Assembly: GCA_964018965.1 (NCBI GenBank)
Contig: CAXHRY010000011.1
Span: 13,743-77,742 of the forward strand
Direction: 5' to 3'
DNA: 64,000 nt
DNA from: an uncultured Alistipes sp.
GTDB taxonomy: Bacteria; Bacteroidota; Bacteroidia; Bacteroidales; Rikenellaceae
In this document: piece by piece, positions 46,299 to 57,700 of the stretch
Position numbering within the stretch: the stretch's first letter is position 1
Layout of the letters: every line of letters begins with the position of its first letter
The notes under the pieces: generated by a model
Told to the model about the DNA's origin: nothing
Seen by the model: the letters and a program-made list of their open reading frames with translations, nothing else
The model's database searches: none
Position numbers and translations under genes: made by a program

Positions 46299-46907
46299 AT
46301 GCAAATGAATCGTTATTTTCAGACACCTCCGGTGGTCAAAAACTTGATAATCATCAATGTGCTGGTCTTTATGGCCACGTCGTTGCTGCCCGTGGGCGAT
46401 TGGATCATGCACTACTGCGCGTTGTCGCTCGGTACGACGTTTTTTCGAACCTACCAGTTCGTGACCTACATGTTTCTGCATGCCAACTTCGAACATATCT
46501 TCTTCAATATGTTCGCGCTGTGGATGTTCGGCCGTACGCTCGAATATGAACTCGGGTCGAAGCGCTTTCTGATTTACTACATGGCCTGCGGCATCGGTGC
46601 GGCACTGATTCAGTATCTGGTTGCCGCCGCACTGGGCGAGCTGCCGCTGTTCCTGGTCGGAGCTTCGGGCGCTGTGATGGGGTTATTGCTGGCATTCGGC
46701 GTGTTGCATCCCAATGCGGTCATCATGCTGTTGATACCTCCTATTCCGATGAAGGCCAAATGGTTCGTCATCATTTATGCCGTCATCGAGTTGTTTCTCG
46801 GATGGCGCGGTGTGGGTAACGTCGCCCATTTCGCTCACGTGGGCGGTATGCTTTGGGGTTTCCTGCTGCTTCGCTATTGGAAAAGCCGCGGCACCATCCG
46901 CTTCTGA
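46299..46907 (+). CDS. Rhomboid intramembrane serine protease
   Basis: HIFFNM, GASGA, AHFAHVGG. Confidence 0.93.
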   Translation: MQMNRYFQTPPVVKNLIIINVLVFMATSLLPVGDWIMHYCALSLGTTFFRTYQFVTYMFLHANFEHIFFNMFALWMFGRTLEYELGSKRFLIYYMACGIGAALIQYLVAAALGELPLFLVGASGAVMGLLLAFGVLHPNAVIMLLIPPIPMKAKWFVIIYAVIELFLGWRGVGNVAHFAHVGGMLWGFLLLRYWKSRGTIRF

Positions 46908-46910
46908 GTC

Positions 46911-48062
46911 ATGACCGAAATGTATTACGATAACGGTCCGGGACGACGGAGCGGAAAGCGACGATCCGGCTGGACGATGCGGATCGTGGACGGCGCGGCG
47001 ACGTTGCTGAGTCTGGCGATCGCCGTGACGTTGATCGTCACCTATTTCGTTCCCCATACCGATCCGTCGCGGGTGTGGTTCTTCCCTGTGTTGGGGCTCG
47101 TCGCGCCGGCGATCTATGTTGCGGCGGTTATGTCGGCCCTCTATTGGGTGATCCGCTGGCGTCCGGTACGTGCCGTAGGGATGCTGCTCGTCGTATGTGC
47201 GGGAATACCCTACGTGTCGTTGTTCTGGCGCCCCGAGTTGCGACGGGACTACGGTGCCACCGCCCGGGAACGCGGTACGATCCGGGTGCTTACTTACAAT
47301 GTGCGCTGTTTCTACGGCGAGGACGGAGAAAACAGTGCCGATACGATCGCACGCTTCATCGCCGCGCAGGAGCCCGATATCGTTTGCCTGCAAGAGTTCA
47401 ACGCCCGCTTGGCCGACCTTTCCGGAGAGTTCGGAGCACTGCGGCAACGCTACGAGAATGCCCGGTTCGATCCTATGCCGTCGGGCGATACGTTGGTCGA
47501 GGCACCTATGCTGGTGCTGAGCAAATACCGGATTCTGCGATCGGGAACGGTCGTCGGTCCCGGAACCTCGGTTTGGACCGATCTGCGTGTGGGAGAAGAT
47601 ACGGTGCGTGTGTTCTGCAACCACCTCCACTCTACCTCGATCAATTCCGAGGACAACGACTATATCACCAACCGTCGGTTCCTGTCGGATACGGCTCGGG
47701 AGGTGAAGTTCCGCAGCATCGCCGACCGTTTGCGGGAGAACAGCGTGCTGCGGGCCGCGCAGGCCGACAGCATCGCGCGGGCGATCGCCGTATCGCCGCG
47801 CAAAAGGATCGTGTGCGGCGACTTCAACGATACCCCCGTATCGTATGTCTATCGCACGATGACGCAGGGGCTCGACGATGCCTTTTCCGCATGCGGATCG
47901 GGTTATTCGCACACGTTTCGCGGGTTCTTCGATGTATTGCGTATCGATTACGTGCTCAGTTCGGACGATTTCGAGACGCGTTCCTACGAGGTGCCGCAGA
48001 TCGACTGCTCGGACCACTATCCCGTCATTGTGTTATTGAAAAAGAGTACTTCAAACAACTAA
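46911..48062 (+). CDS. Endonuclease/exonuclease/phosphatase family membrane protein
   Basis: TYNV, DIVCLQE, HLHS, CGDFNDTP, RIDY, SDHYP. Confidence 0.92.
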   Translation: MTEMYYDNGPGRRSGKRRSGWTMRIVDGAATLLSLAIAVTLIVTYFVPHTDPSRVWFFPVLGLVAPAIYVAAVMSALYWVIRWRPVRAVGMLLVVCAGIPYVSLFWRPELRRDYGATARERGTIRVLTYNVRCFYGEDGENSADTIARFIAAQEPDIVCLQEFNARLADLSGEFGALRQRYENARFDPMPSGDTLVEAPMLVLSKYRILRSGTVVGPGTSVWTDLRVGEDTVRVFCNHLHSTSINSEDNDYITNRRFLSDTAREVKFRSIADRLRENSVLRAAQADSIARAIAVSPRKRIVCGDFNDTPVSYVYRTMTQGLDDAFSACGSGYSHTFRGFFDVLRIDYVLSSDDFETRSYEVPQIDCSDHYPVIVLLKKSTSNN

Positions 48063-48074
48063 TCCGTAATAATT

Positions 48075-48524
48075 ATGATTTTCGATTCTCTCACGAACAG
48101 CGCGCGTTACTACTCGATCGCGCCGCGCATGCAGAAAGCCTTCGAACTGATCGCTTCGACCGATTGGACCGCGGTCGAACCGGGTATTCACGAACTCGAC
48201 GGACGCGACATCTACGTCAACGTCATGGAGCGCGAGTTGAAAAAGAAGGGCGATGCCAAACTGGAGGTCCACGACGAGTATATCGATATTCAGGTGCTCG
48301 TCTCGGGCAGCGAAGAGGCATTCGGCTGGAGCGACCGCAAAGACCTGAAGCAGCCCATAGGCGAATTCGATCCCCAGAAGGATATCCAGTTCTTCGACGA
48401 CGAGCCGCAGACTTACTACACGCTGCGTCCCGGTCAGTTCACGGTGCTTTTCCCCGAAGACGGACATGCTCCGATGGTGGGCGAAGGCTCGGTGCGCAAG
48501 ATCATCGTCAAGGTGCGCAAGTAA
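48075..48524 (+). CDS. YhcH/YjgK/YiaL family protein
   Basis: LEVHDEYIDIQ, FTVLFPEDGHAP, RKIIVKV. Confidence 0.9.
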   Translation: MIFDSLTNSARYYSIAPRMQKAFELIASTDWTAVEPGIHELDGRDIYVNVMERELKKKGDAKLEVHDEYIDIQVLVSGSEEAFGWSDRKDLKQPIGEFDPQKDIQFFDDEPQTYYTLRPGQFTVLFPEDGHAPMVGEGSVRKIIVKVRK

Positions 48525-48778
48525 CGGCCGATATGCGATAAGGTAATTATATACGATTTTAGACGAACCCGATCTCGACCCGCTATGATTTTGCGGGTGG
48601 CACCAGAAGTCCCCTCCGGGGATAGGGGTGGGTCGGATTAGGAAACGCGGCCAAAGGCCGCGAGACATCGACCGGCCTGTATGAAATGACGGCCGAAAAC
48701 CCGAGCTGGTGTAAAGTTGAATATAGTTCCTGCGATAATTACGAATGCGGCTGTCAAACAAGTCCGAATTTAACGATT

Positions 48779-48812
48779 TCACCCCTGCCAGAACTTGTTC
48801 TGGCAGGGGTGA
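48779..48812. terminator. Perfect 16-bp inverted repeat between convergent genes
   Basis: tcacccctgccagaac-tt-gttctggcaggggtga. Confidence 0.7.
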
Positions 48813-48942
48813 TTTTCGATTTCGGGGAGCTGTTAGACAGCCCCGTTCGTGATGTTGTTGCGGTTTTATCGTCCGTCGTTTCGATCTGGGCAATGGTCGA
48901 CCTGCGTCGAAGCGAGTTGCGGCGAATCCGGTGATCGGAACG

Positions 48943-49368
48943 TCAGAACCGCGGCCAGGGCAGGATCATTCCCCAACGGCCGTTGTCGGTCCACAACCAC
49001 AGCTGTCCGGAGGCATTGTTCAGCAATACGACGCCCGAGAGTTGTGTTTCGGCGATGCCTGCGAACGTGCCGCGGATCGTTCCCGTAGCAGGTTTGTTCG
49101 TCGCGGGCAGTCCCGAGAGGTCGATTTCCAGATACTGTTGTCCCTGGTCGTCCTGGATGCGGAACAGCGTTTCGTTGGGATCGATATAGAGCTGATGCTT
49201 CGTCTTCTCGAAGAGCAGCACCGGTTCGCCCTGGCAATAGAGGCCCATCTGCTGCGTTTCGAGCAGGGCGTTGCGTTGCAATTGCAGCGTTTTGTCGGTG
49301 TCGTCGCTCGAGCAGGCGCCGCAGAGTACGGCCAGAAGCAGCAAGGCGGTATGTTTGAAGCGGATCAT
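48943..49368 (-). CDS. Hypothetical lipoprotein
   Basis: Lipobox LCGAC; directly downstream of the M6 protease. Confidence 0.8.
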   Translation of the reverse strand: MIRFKHTALLLLAVLCGACSSDDTDKTLQLQRNALLETQQMGLYCQGEPVLLFEKTKHQLYIDPNETLFRIQDDQGQQYLEIDLSGLPATNKPATGTIRGTFAGIAETQLSGVVLLNNASGQLWLWTDNGRWGMILPWPRF

Positions 49369-49375
49369 ACGCAGT

Positions 49376-51487
49376 CTATTTTACGGTAATGTATTTCATC
49401 AGATAGAATCGGCCCGTCTCCGTGACGACGATCGCCGAGATCAGGTGTTCGCCGGCGTCGAGCGCCAGATAGCTATCTACGGGTTGTTCGTCGACGTACC
49501 AAATGATGGCCCGGATGTTCTGCGGGCCGTCCAACAGGCTCAAGGCGAAAGGCTCGCCGCTGCGATAACCGTCGGCGGCTATGCCGATGCGGGGATTCCG
49601 CGTCGCATCGCGAAACTGGGTTTCGAGTTCGAAGGTCTGTTCCGTTTCGTGGTAGGGACTTCCCAACGGAGTGATTCCTATTTCGTAGCTCTCGCCCGGT
49701 GTCAGTCCGTTGATATGGAATACCGAGCCTTTCACAGTCTGGTTGCCGATCTGTCGTCCCGAAGTATCGCTCCATCGCACGCGCCACGATTCGGCCAATT
49801 CACCGTTCCAGCGAATCACTGCGTCGTACTGGGCGGCCTCCGCAGCGAACCCTATGTCGGGTAATTCGCCCTCGACACGCAACTGAATCCGGGTTCCTTG
49901 CAAGAGAATCGACGAAAAATCGACGGCCGGTTCCGAGTTGGCCCACGAACGGTAGGCGGCGCTGCCTTCGAAAGTCAGCTTCGTCACGTTATGCTGTCCG
50001 GGGTAGAAGTAATCGGCGTTCGAGCCGCTTCCGTAGGAGGACAACATCTTCATGCACTCATGCTGCGGATTGGCGTTCAGATTGTTGGAATAGAGCCAGG
50101 CATTCTGGTATTTCGACGTGTAGTCGACATGGTAGACCATCATACCCCCTTCCGAAGTCGTGATGTAGCTGTCCCATTTCGAACCGCTCACACCGCGGCA
50201 TTCGAGCAGGAAATAGTCGTTCTCGATGGGCGTGCGTACCAGAAATCCGCTGTCTTCCCACACCGGATCGAGCTGGAAAATGCCCATGTCCGAGATCTCC
50301 CGGGGTTCGGTCCAGCCGACCATCCAGCGTTCGAGGATGTTGATGGCGGGCGGGGTGCGGCTGCTGTTGTTGTAGCTTCCCGAGCACATGAGCGAATAGT
50401 TGCTCAAAGCCGTGGCCGTGCCGCCCGAGCTGTCGTAATCCGTATCGTAGAAGTCGGGCCATCCGAGCACGTGACCGAATTCGTGGCAGAATGTTCCGAT
50501 GCCGTCCATCTGCGAATAGTAGTTCAACTCGCAGGAGCAGGCGTATCCCTGCAGGTTGGCACCGTCGAGGTATACGGCGGTGTAGCGACCGTCGCCCCGC
50601 ACGTCCCAGCGGTGGGGCCAGATGGTCGTCGAGTTGCCGCCCGCCGCACGTCCTTGTCCGGCGTAGAAGACGAAGACGTCGCGAATGACGCCATTGTCGG
50701 CGAATTGGGAGAAGTCGATATCCTTATCGGCCGCCCGGCATGCTTCGACGATCAGTTCGGCGACATTGTCCGAACCGGACGATCCGGCGTAATAGAGCGA
50801 ATTGTGCGAAACCGTATAGGGACCTGCGACTACGAATTCGGGATCGAACTTGCCGTTGGAGTTGTCGAGGTAGTAATCGCGGGCGCTGCCCGTCGCTCCG
50901 TTGGAGCTGTAATTCGTCTGCATGAGCATGTTCCGGAAAGCCTGTTGCGGCGAGGGAGTCGCGAACTTGCGGTCCTGGAACTCCACGAGCAGAATCAGCG
51001 AACGGACGCGTCCCGTCGTCGGGGCCGAGGAGATACGTCCCGGAGGATTGGGCAATGCGTTCGCACGAGCTGCCGGGGTCGGAGCTGCCGCAGCGAGGGA
51101 CGCCGAGCGCAATGCGGCCATCCGGTCGCGCATTTCGGTCGTCATCGCCGGGCGGATTCCCCGCATCAGCTTCGATACTTCGGCGCGTTGGGCTGCCGGA
51201 AGAGCGCCCAGGGGCCGGGCCTTCACAGCCGTGGGGATCAGTCGTCCGTCGGGCGAAAGCGTCGCGAAATAGAGGTCTCCGTCGTCGCCGCCCGTGAGCG
51301 TGTAACCCTCCTCGGAAATGGTGTAATGCAGAAATTCGTCACCTATGATTCTGATCTTCAGTCGTGTGCCGTCGCTCTGCGTGTATTCGATCGGGTGCGG
51401 GATGGCCGGGACGGCTCCGGCGCGACGTGCCACGAAGATCGCGCACAGACCCAGTAACAGGTAAATCGTAAAATTTCGTTTCATCAT
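49376..51487 (-). CDS. M6 family (immune inhibitor A-like) metalloprotease
   Basis: Signal peptide, Q.DGT...GDE prodomain, GSARDYY.DNS, IWPHRW, HEFGHVLGWPDFYD, LMCSGSYN. Confidence 0.92.
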   Translation of the reverse strand: MMKRNFTIYLLLGLCAIFVARRAGAVPAIPHPIEYTQSDGTRLKIRIIGDEFLHYTISEEGYTLTGGDDGDLYFATLSPDGRLIPTAVKARPLGALPAAQRAEVSKLMRGIRPAMTTEMRDRMAALRSASLAAAAPTPAARANALPNPPGRISSAPTTGRVRSLILLVEFQDRKFATPSPQQAFRNMLMQTNYSSNGATGSARDYYLDNSNGKFDPEFVVAGPYTVSHNSLYYAGSSGSDNVAELIVEACRAADKDIDFSQFADNGVIRDVFVFYAGQGRAAGGNSTTIWPHRWDVRGDGRYTAVYLDGANLQGYACSCELNYYSQMDGIGTFCHEFGHVLGWPDFYDTDYDSSGGTATALSNYSLMCSGSYNNSSRTPPAINILERWMVGWTEPREISDMGIFQLDPVWEDSGFLVRTPIENDYFLLECRGVSGSKWDSYITTSEGGMMVYHVDYTSKYQNAWLYSNNLNANPQHECMKMLSSYGSGSNADYFYPGQHNVTKLTFEGSAAYRSWANSEPAVDFSSILLQGTRIQLRVEGELPDIGFAAEAAQYDAVIRWNGELAESWRVRWSDTSGRQIGNQTVKGSVFHINGLTPGESYEIGITPLGSPYHETEQTFELETQFRDATRNPRIGIAADGYRSGEPFALSLLDGPQNIRAIIWYVDEQPVDSYLALDAGEHLISAIVVTETGRFYLMKYITVK

Positions 51488-51674
51488 GTCGATAATTCGT
51501 TCGCCGGTTCGGCGGATGCAAAGATATCAAAAAAACGAATTCAGTCGTCGTTTAGTATTCCCTTTTGCGCCGAATTACGAAATCGTAAGTCCTCGACGCA
51601 TCTTTACGTAGGCAGGCGCAGGCGGATTGCAAAAAAGATCGTATCTTTACCTTCTGAAAAAATATCGAACGACC

Positions 51675-52988
51675 ATGATGAAAATAGCTATCGTAGGCAC
51701 GGGGTACGTCGGCCTTGTTTCGGGCGCATGCTTTGCGGAGATGGGGCTCGACATTACGTGCGTAGATACGAACGCAGATAAGATCGATGCGCTGAAGCGG
51801 GGTGCCATTCCGATTTACGAACCGGGGCTGGAGGAGCTCGTGCGGCGCAACGTGGAGGCGGGAAGGCTCCATTTCACGACCGACCTCACGGAGTGTCTCG
51901 ACGACGTAGAGGTAGTATTCTCGGCCGTCGGCACTCCTCCCGACGAGGATGGTTCGGCCGATTTGCGCTATGTGCTCGAAGTGGCGCGTACGTTCGGCCG
52001 CAATATCCGCAAATATACGTTGCTCGTCACCAAAAGCACCGTGCCCGTGGGTACGTCGCAGCGGGTGCGCGAGACGATCGCCGAGGAGATCGCAGCGCGG
52101 GGTTGCGAAGTGCCTTTCGACGTGGCTTCGAATCCCGAATTTCTGAAGGAGGGCAATGCGATCAAGGACTTCATGTCGCCCGACCGCGTCGTCGTGGGCG
52201 TAGACAGCGAGCGGGCCCGCGATCTGATGGCCCGCCTCTATCGCCCTTTCCTCATCAACAATTTCCGGGTGCTGTTCATGGATATTCCCTCAGCCGAAAT
52301 GACCAAGTATGCCGCCAATGCCATGCTCGCCACCCGCATTTCGTTTATGAACGACATAGCCAACCTGTGCGATCGCGTGGGTGCCGATGTGGATATGGTG
52401 CGTAAAGGTATCGGTGCGGATGCTCGCATCGGCACCAAATTCCTCTATCCGGGGTGCGGCTACGGAGGTTCGTGCTTCCCGAAAGATGTGAAGGCTTTGG
52501 CCCATACCGGGCGCGAACACGGCTATCCGATGCAGGTCATCGAGGCAGTGGAGCGGGTGAACGAGCAGCAGAAATCCGTCGTCTTCGAGAAACTCGCGGC
52601 TCTGGCGGGCGATTTGCGCGGTAAGCGGATCGCGCTGTGGGGATTGGCTTTCAAGCCCGAGACCGACGATATGCGCGAAGCTCCGGCGCTGGTAATCATC
52701 GACAGACTGCTCGACGAGGGAGCTGTCGTGTGCGTCTACGATCCGGTGGCGATGGACGAATGCCGCCGCCGCATCGGCCAGCGGGTGGAATATGCTACGT
52801 CGATCTACGCTGCGGCCGAGGGGGCCGATGCCGTCGCCTTGGTCACCGAGTGGAAAGCTTTCCGAATGCCCGACTGGGCGCATCTGCGGCGCATCATGCG
52901 CGGCGACATCATCGTCGACGGCCGTAACATCTACGACAAGCGCGAGGTGGCTGCTGCGGGGTTCCGCTATCGGGCGATCGGAAAGTAG
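51675..52988 (+). CDS. ugd: UDP-glucose 6-dehydrogenase
   Basis: GTGYVG, KSTVPVG, SNPEFLKEG, GYGGSCFPKD, GLAFKPETDDMRE. Confidence 0.95.
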   Translation: MMKIAIVGTGYVGLVSGACFAEMGLDITCVDTNADKIDALKRGAIPIYEPGLEELVRRNVEAGRLHFTTDLTECLDDVEVVFSAVGTPPDEDGSADLRYVLEVARTFGRNIRKYTLLVTKSTVPVGTSQRVRETIAEEIAARGCEVPFDVASNPEFLKEGNAIKDFMSPDRVVVGVDSERARDLMARLYRPFLINNFRVLFMDIPSAEMTKYAANAMLATRISFMNDIANLCDRVGADVDMVRKGIGADARIGTKFLYPGCGYGGSCFPKDVKALAHTGREHGYPMQVIEAVERVNEQQKSVVFEKLAALAGDLRGKRIALWGLAFKPETDDMREAPALVIIDRLLDEGAVVCVYDPVAMDECRRRIGQRVEYATSIYAAAEGADAVALVTEWKAFRMPDWAHLRRIMRGDIIVDGRNIYDKREVAAAGFRYRAIGK

Positions 52989-53090
52989 AGGCCGCTTTCC
53001 GGTGGTGTCCGGCGGCAGTCGGATTGTCGGTCGATACTCGGGGCGGCCGTTTCCGGCATCGCTTCGCTGCGGTGTTTCGGGCGGACATGC

Positions 53091-54293
53091 TTATCGGTTG
53101 TCGGCGGCATCGTGCGGCCGTTCGGCGATCTTGCGGGCCAGATTTCGGCACGGTTCGCGCATCGCAGCGGAGAAGCCTTGCCGCAGTTCGATCGGTTCGC
53201 CGATCGGTTCCCACTTCATCCGTCGAGCGAACTCTTCGAGGCGTCGCACCGCTGCACCGGCCCAGGTGAACGAGCCGAAGCAGGCGAACCGTCGGCCGGG
53301 CATGCAGCGTGTCTCGATGCGGCGCAGCAGCTGTTCTACGGGCGGAAAGAGTTCGGCGTTGTACGTGGGACTTCCTACTACGAGCGTATCGTAGCGAAAA
53401 ATGTCGCGTAATACGACCGATTCGTCGGCATAGGAGAGATTATGGACGACGATATTCCGCACCCCTTCGGCTGCGATTTCGCGGGCCAGGCACTCGGCCA
53501 GCCGTTCCGTGTTTCCGTACATCGATCCGTAGGCGACCACAACGCCCGGTTCGCCCGCACAGCGACTCATCCGGTCGTACTCATCGAGAATCTCTCCGAC
53601 ATGCGTTTGCCATACGGGTCCGTGCGTCGGACAGATCGTTCCGACGGGCAGCGTTCTCACTTTGCGGAGCGCCTGTTGCACGGGACCGCCGTATTTGCCG
53701 ACGATCGCGGCGTAATATCGCCGCATCTCGTCCCGATAACGGGCCGGATCGAGTTGCGTATCGGTGATTCCTCCGTCGAGTGTGCCGAACGTGCCGAACG
53801 CGTCGCCCGAAAAGAGAACCTGTCGTTCGGGGCACCAGGTGACCATCGTCTCAGGCCAGTGAACCATCGGAATCATTCTGAAAACGAGCGTCGAACCTCC
53901 CAGATCGATCGTACCGCCCTCGCCGACTTCGAGAAGCCCTTCGTCGAGGCCGTAGTAGCCGCGGATCATGTCGAGCGTACGGCTGTTTCCGACGATTCGC
54001 ATGGCAGGGTAGAGCTGCCGCAGGGCGGCCATCGAAGAGGAGTGGTCGGGTTCCATATGGTTGACCACGAGGTAGTCGATCGGCCGGTCTCCGATCTGTT
54101 CGCGAATATTCTCTATCAGACGCCCTCCGAATGCTGCTTCTACGGTGTCGATCAGAGCGGTCTTTTCCCCTACGACCAGATAGGCGTTGTAACTGACACC
54201 GTAGGGCAGTGTCCAAAGCGCTTCGAAACGAGCCGTCGTGCGGTCGTTGACTCCGACATAGTGGATGTCGGGAAGGAATTCTGCGAATGACAT
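53091..54293 (-). CDS. fprA: Flavodiiron protein (FprA family)
   Basis: NHMEPDHS, HWPE, SGDAFG, PTHG, flavodoxin SMYGNTE. Confidence 0.93.
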   Translation of the reverse strand: MSFAEFLPDIHYVGVNDRTTARFEALWTLPYGVSYNAYLVVGEKTALIDTVEAAFGGRLIENIREQIGDRPIDYLVVNHMEPDHSSSMAALRQLYPAMRIVGNSRTLDMIRGYYGLDEGLLEVGEGGTIDLGGSTLVFRMIPMVHWPETMVTWCPERQVLFSGDAFGTFGTLDGGITDTQLDPARYRDEMRRYYAAIVGKYGGPVQQALRKVRTLPVGTICPTHGPVWQTHVGEILDEYDRMSRCAGEPGVVVAYGSMYGNTERLAECLAREIAAEGVRNIVVHNLSYADESVVLRDIFRYDTLVVGSPTYNAELFPPVEQLLRRIETRCMPGRRFACFGSFTWAGAAVRRLEEFARRMKWEPIGEPIELRQGFSAAMREPCRNLARKIAERPHDAADNR

Positions 54294-54568
54294 GGTATGT
54301 TGTAGCTGATTATAGTATCGATCCTTCAACACTTGTGCCGCGTTTGTGCGGATGCTATATATATAGGTATGTTCGATTAGGCGCTCAGATCGCCTTCTTC
54401 GTGTGTTCCGATTCCGCAGTCGTTCGCGGTCCTATGCCGAACCCCGTTGGGAACGAAAAACAGGTGTAACAAATCGTAACGATCTTTAGGATTTTGATAA
54501 TAATCTGTAATAGATATAGGGGAAGGTGTTCGTAATGTATTACATAGATAAATTTTTTTAATAATTTA

Positions 54569-54600
54569 TTTGTAAATCATTCGGTAATCGCCTATCTTTG
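54569..54600 (+). promoter_or_regulatory. Bacteroidota sigma-A promoter of the susC operon
   Basis: TTTG (54569-54572), 20-nt spacer, TATCTTTG (54593-54600). Confidence 0.7.
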
Positions 54601-54720
54601 TTCAGAAACTTTTTGTTTCAAAGTTAGACTCGGCAGCGGTATGGGATGGTGAGTTCGCGGATTGAAATGAAGAGCTGAAACGTAAAATAATTGTAATTCA
54701 CAAACGTCTAATTTTTGTGT

Positions 54721-57700
54721 ATGAGAAAAATTTTCACTTTGCTAATTATTCTTAATTTGAGCATTCTCAGTGCGTTCGCTCAGATTAAGATAACGGGTAC
54801 GGTGACCGATGCCGAAGACGGACTTCCGATCATCGGTGCTACCGTAGTCGTGAAAGGAACTTCCGTCGGTGTCGTAACCGGTGCACAAGGCGATTTCTCT
54901 CTCACGGTACCCGCTGGAAAAGAGATCGTAACCGTTTCTTTCATAGGATATACCGAGTGGGAAGGTGCAGTCACGAAGACGCAGACCCGTCTCGATGTCA
55001 AACTCGCCAAGTCCTCGACCAAGATCGAAGAGGTCGTCGTGACGGGTATGGCCGACGTGAAAAAGGAGACCTTTACCGGTTCGTCGGTGAAGATCAAGGC
55101 CGACGACGTGCTGATCGCCGGTGTGAGCGACGTCAGCCGTATGCTCGAAGGTCAGGTGGCCGGTGTCTCGGTACAGAATGTGTCGAGTACGTTCGGTTCG
55201 GCTCCCAAGGTGCGTATCCGTGGTGTCACGTCGCTCAGCGGTGAGAACAAACCGTTGTGGGTCGTCGACGGCGTTGTGTTGGAGGACGTGGTCAACATCT
55301 CCAACGACCAGTTGTCGAGCGGTGACCCGACGACGCTGTTAGGTTCGTCCGTGGCCGGTATCAACGCCTCGGATATCGCGTCGTTCGATATTCTGAAGGA
55401 TGCCGCCGCAACGGCGCTCTACGGTGCCCGCGCCATGAACGGCGTTGTCGTAATCACTACGAAAAAGGGTTCGCAGGGTGCTCCCCGTATCTCCTATACG
55501 GGTAACTTCACCATCCGTACCAAACCCCGTTATTCGAATTTCGATATCATGAACTCCGCCGACCAGATGTCCGTTTATTCGGAGCTGGAGCGTAAGGGCT
55601 TGCTCAATCAGGATATCGTAAACTCGGCGAACTCGGGCGTTTACGGCTTGATGTACAAGGCGATCACCTCTTACGATCCCGCTACGGGCTTCGGTTTGGA
55701 GAATACGCGCGAGGCTCGCAAGGCATTCCTCATGCAGTATGCCAAGGCCAATACCGACTGGTTCGATATCCTCTTCACGCACAACCTTCAGCAGGAGCAC
55801 TCGTTGAGCATCTCGACCGGTACCGATAAGTCGCGTACCTATGCGTCGGTCGGTTTTATGAACGACGCCGGTTGGTCGATCGCCGACAAGGTGAACCGCT
55901 ATACGCTCAACTTCCGCAACGACTACGATATCAGCCGTAAAATTACGGTAGGTTTCCAGGCGGTCGCTTCGCTGCGTCAGCAGGAGGCTCCGGGTTCGTA
56001 TCAGCGCGAGATCGACGCCGTAAGCGGTAACTGGTCGCGCGACTTCGATATCAACCCCTTCAGCTATGCGCTCAACACGAGCCGTACGCTGCGTCCCTAC
56101 GACAACGACGGCAACCTGGAGTACATCACGATGAACTACGCTCCGTTCAACATCCTCAATGAGTTGCGTAACAATAAGATCGAGCTCAACGTGATGGATG
56201 CCAAGATCCAGGGCGAGTTCAAATACAAAATCGTTCCGGGCCTGCGCTTCGACTTCACCGGTATGCTCCGCTACGTGAAGAGCGATCAGATTCACAAGAT
56301 CACCGAGGATTCGAACGTCGCCGGTGCTTACGGTGCCGACTACAACGCGACGATCCGTTCGCGCAACCGTTTCCTGTGGCAGAATCAGGAGGACCTGAAC
56401 GCCGAGCCGATCTCGGTAATGGATCGCGGCGGTTTCTGGAATACCTCGAACGTTACGATGCTCAACTACGAGACGCGTGCGTCGTTCGCTTACAACAAGG
56501 TTTGGAGCGGTGCTCATACGCACGAATTCAGTGCGATGGCCGGTGCGCAGGTCAAGTACATCAAGCGCGATACGGAGACTGCTACTCAGGCCGGTTACCA
56601 ATATAACATGGGCGGCGTGGTCTACAACAACCCGCTTTTCTATCAGATGATGAGCGACCGTCAGATGGACCTCTTCTCGTCGACCACTTTCCAGGACCGT
56701 TTCGTGGCATTCTATGCCAATGCGGACTACGCTTTCGACCGCAAGTATTCGGTGTCGGCTACGGTGCGCTACGACGGTAGTAACGCTCTGGGTGCCAGCT
56801 CGAGTGCTCGTTGGCTGCCGACGTGGAACCTGGGTGCCAAGTGGAACGCCCAGAACGAGGAGTTCCTCTCCGACGTCGAGTGGCTCGATGTGTTGAGCGT
56901 TCGCGCCAGCTACGGTCTGAACGCCTCGATGCCCAGTATTTCGAACGCACAGGCCGTCTACCGCAACTCGCAGGTCTATCGTCCGGGTTACACCGAGAAT
57001 CAGATCCAGATCGAGTCGCTCGGTAACTCGGAGTTGACGTGGGAGAAATCCTACCAGTTCAATGCCGGTATCGACCTTACGTTGTTCGACAACCGTTTCA
57101 ACTTCTCGCTCGACTATTTCGACCGTCAGAGCTTCGATCTGATCGCCATGATCCGCACGGGCGGTATCGGTGGTCAGGAGTGGAAATATGCCAACTACGC
57201 CGACCTCGATGCTCACGGCTTCGACATTACGCTCGGCGGTACGATGATCCGCACGAAGAACTGGACTTGGTCTGCCAACTTCACGTTCGGTTATTCGACC
57301 AACAAGATCAAGAACGCGAAGAACCTCCCGCAGGTACTCGACCTGGTTCGTGCCGAGGGTGGTAACCTGAACGGTTATCCGGTAAACTCGCTCTTCTCGA
57401 TTCCTTTCGTCGGCATCAATCCGTCGAGTGGTGTGCCCTACTTCGTCAACGAGGATGGTGAGGTTTCCACCGATGTCAGCATGCAGGGTTACGACGCTTC
57501 GTTCCTGAAATACGAAGGTTCTGTCGATCCGAAATATACGGGAGGTTTCAATACGTCGGTTCGCTACAAGAACCTTACGTTCAACGCCTTCTTTACCTAC
57601 CAGGCAGGCAACAAGATTCGTCTGACCCCGGCTTATTCGTCGGAATACAGCGACTTGGATGCCATGTCGAACGAGTTCAAGGATCGTTACGTACTGACAG

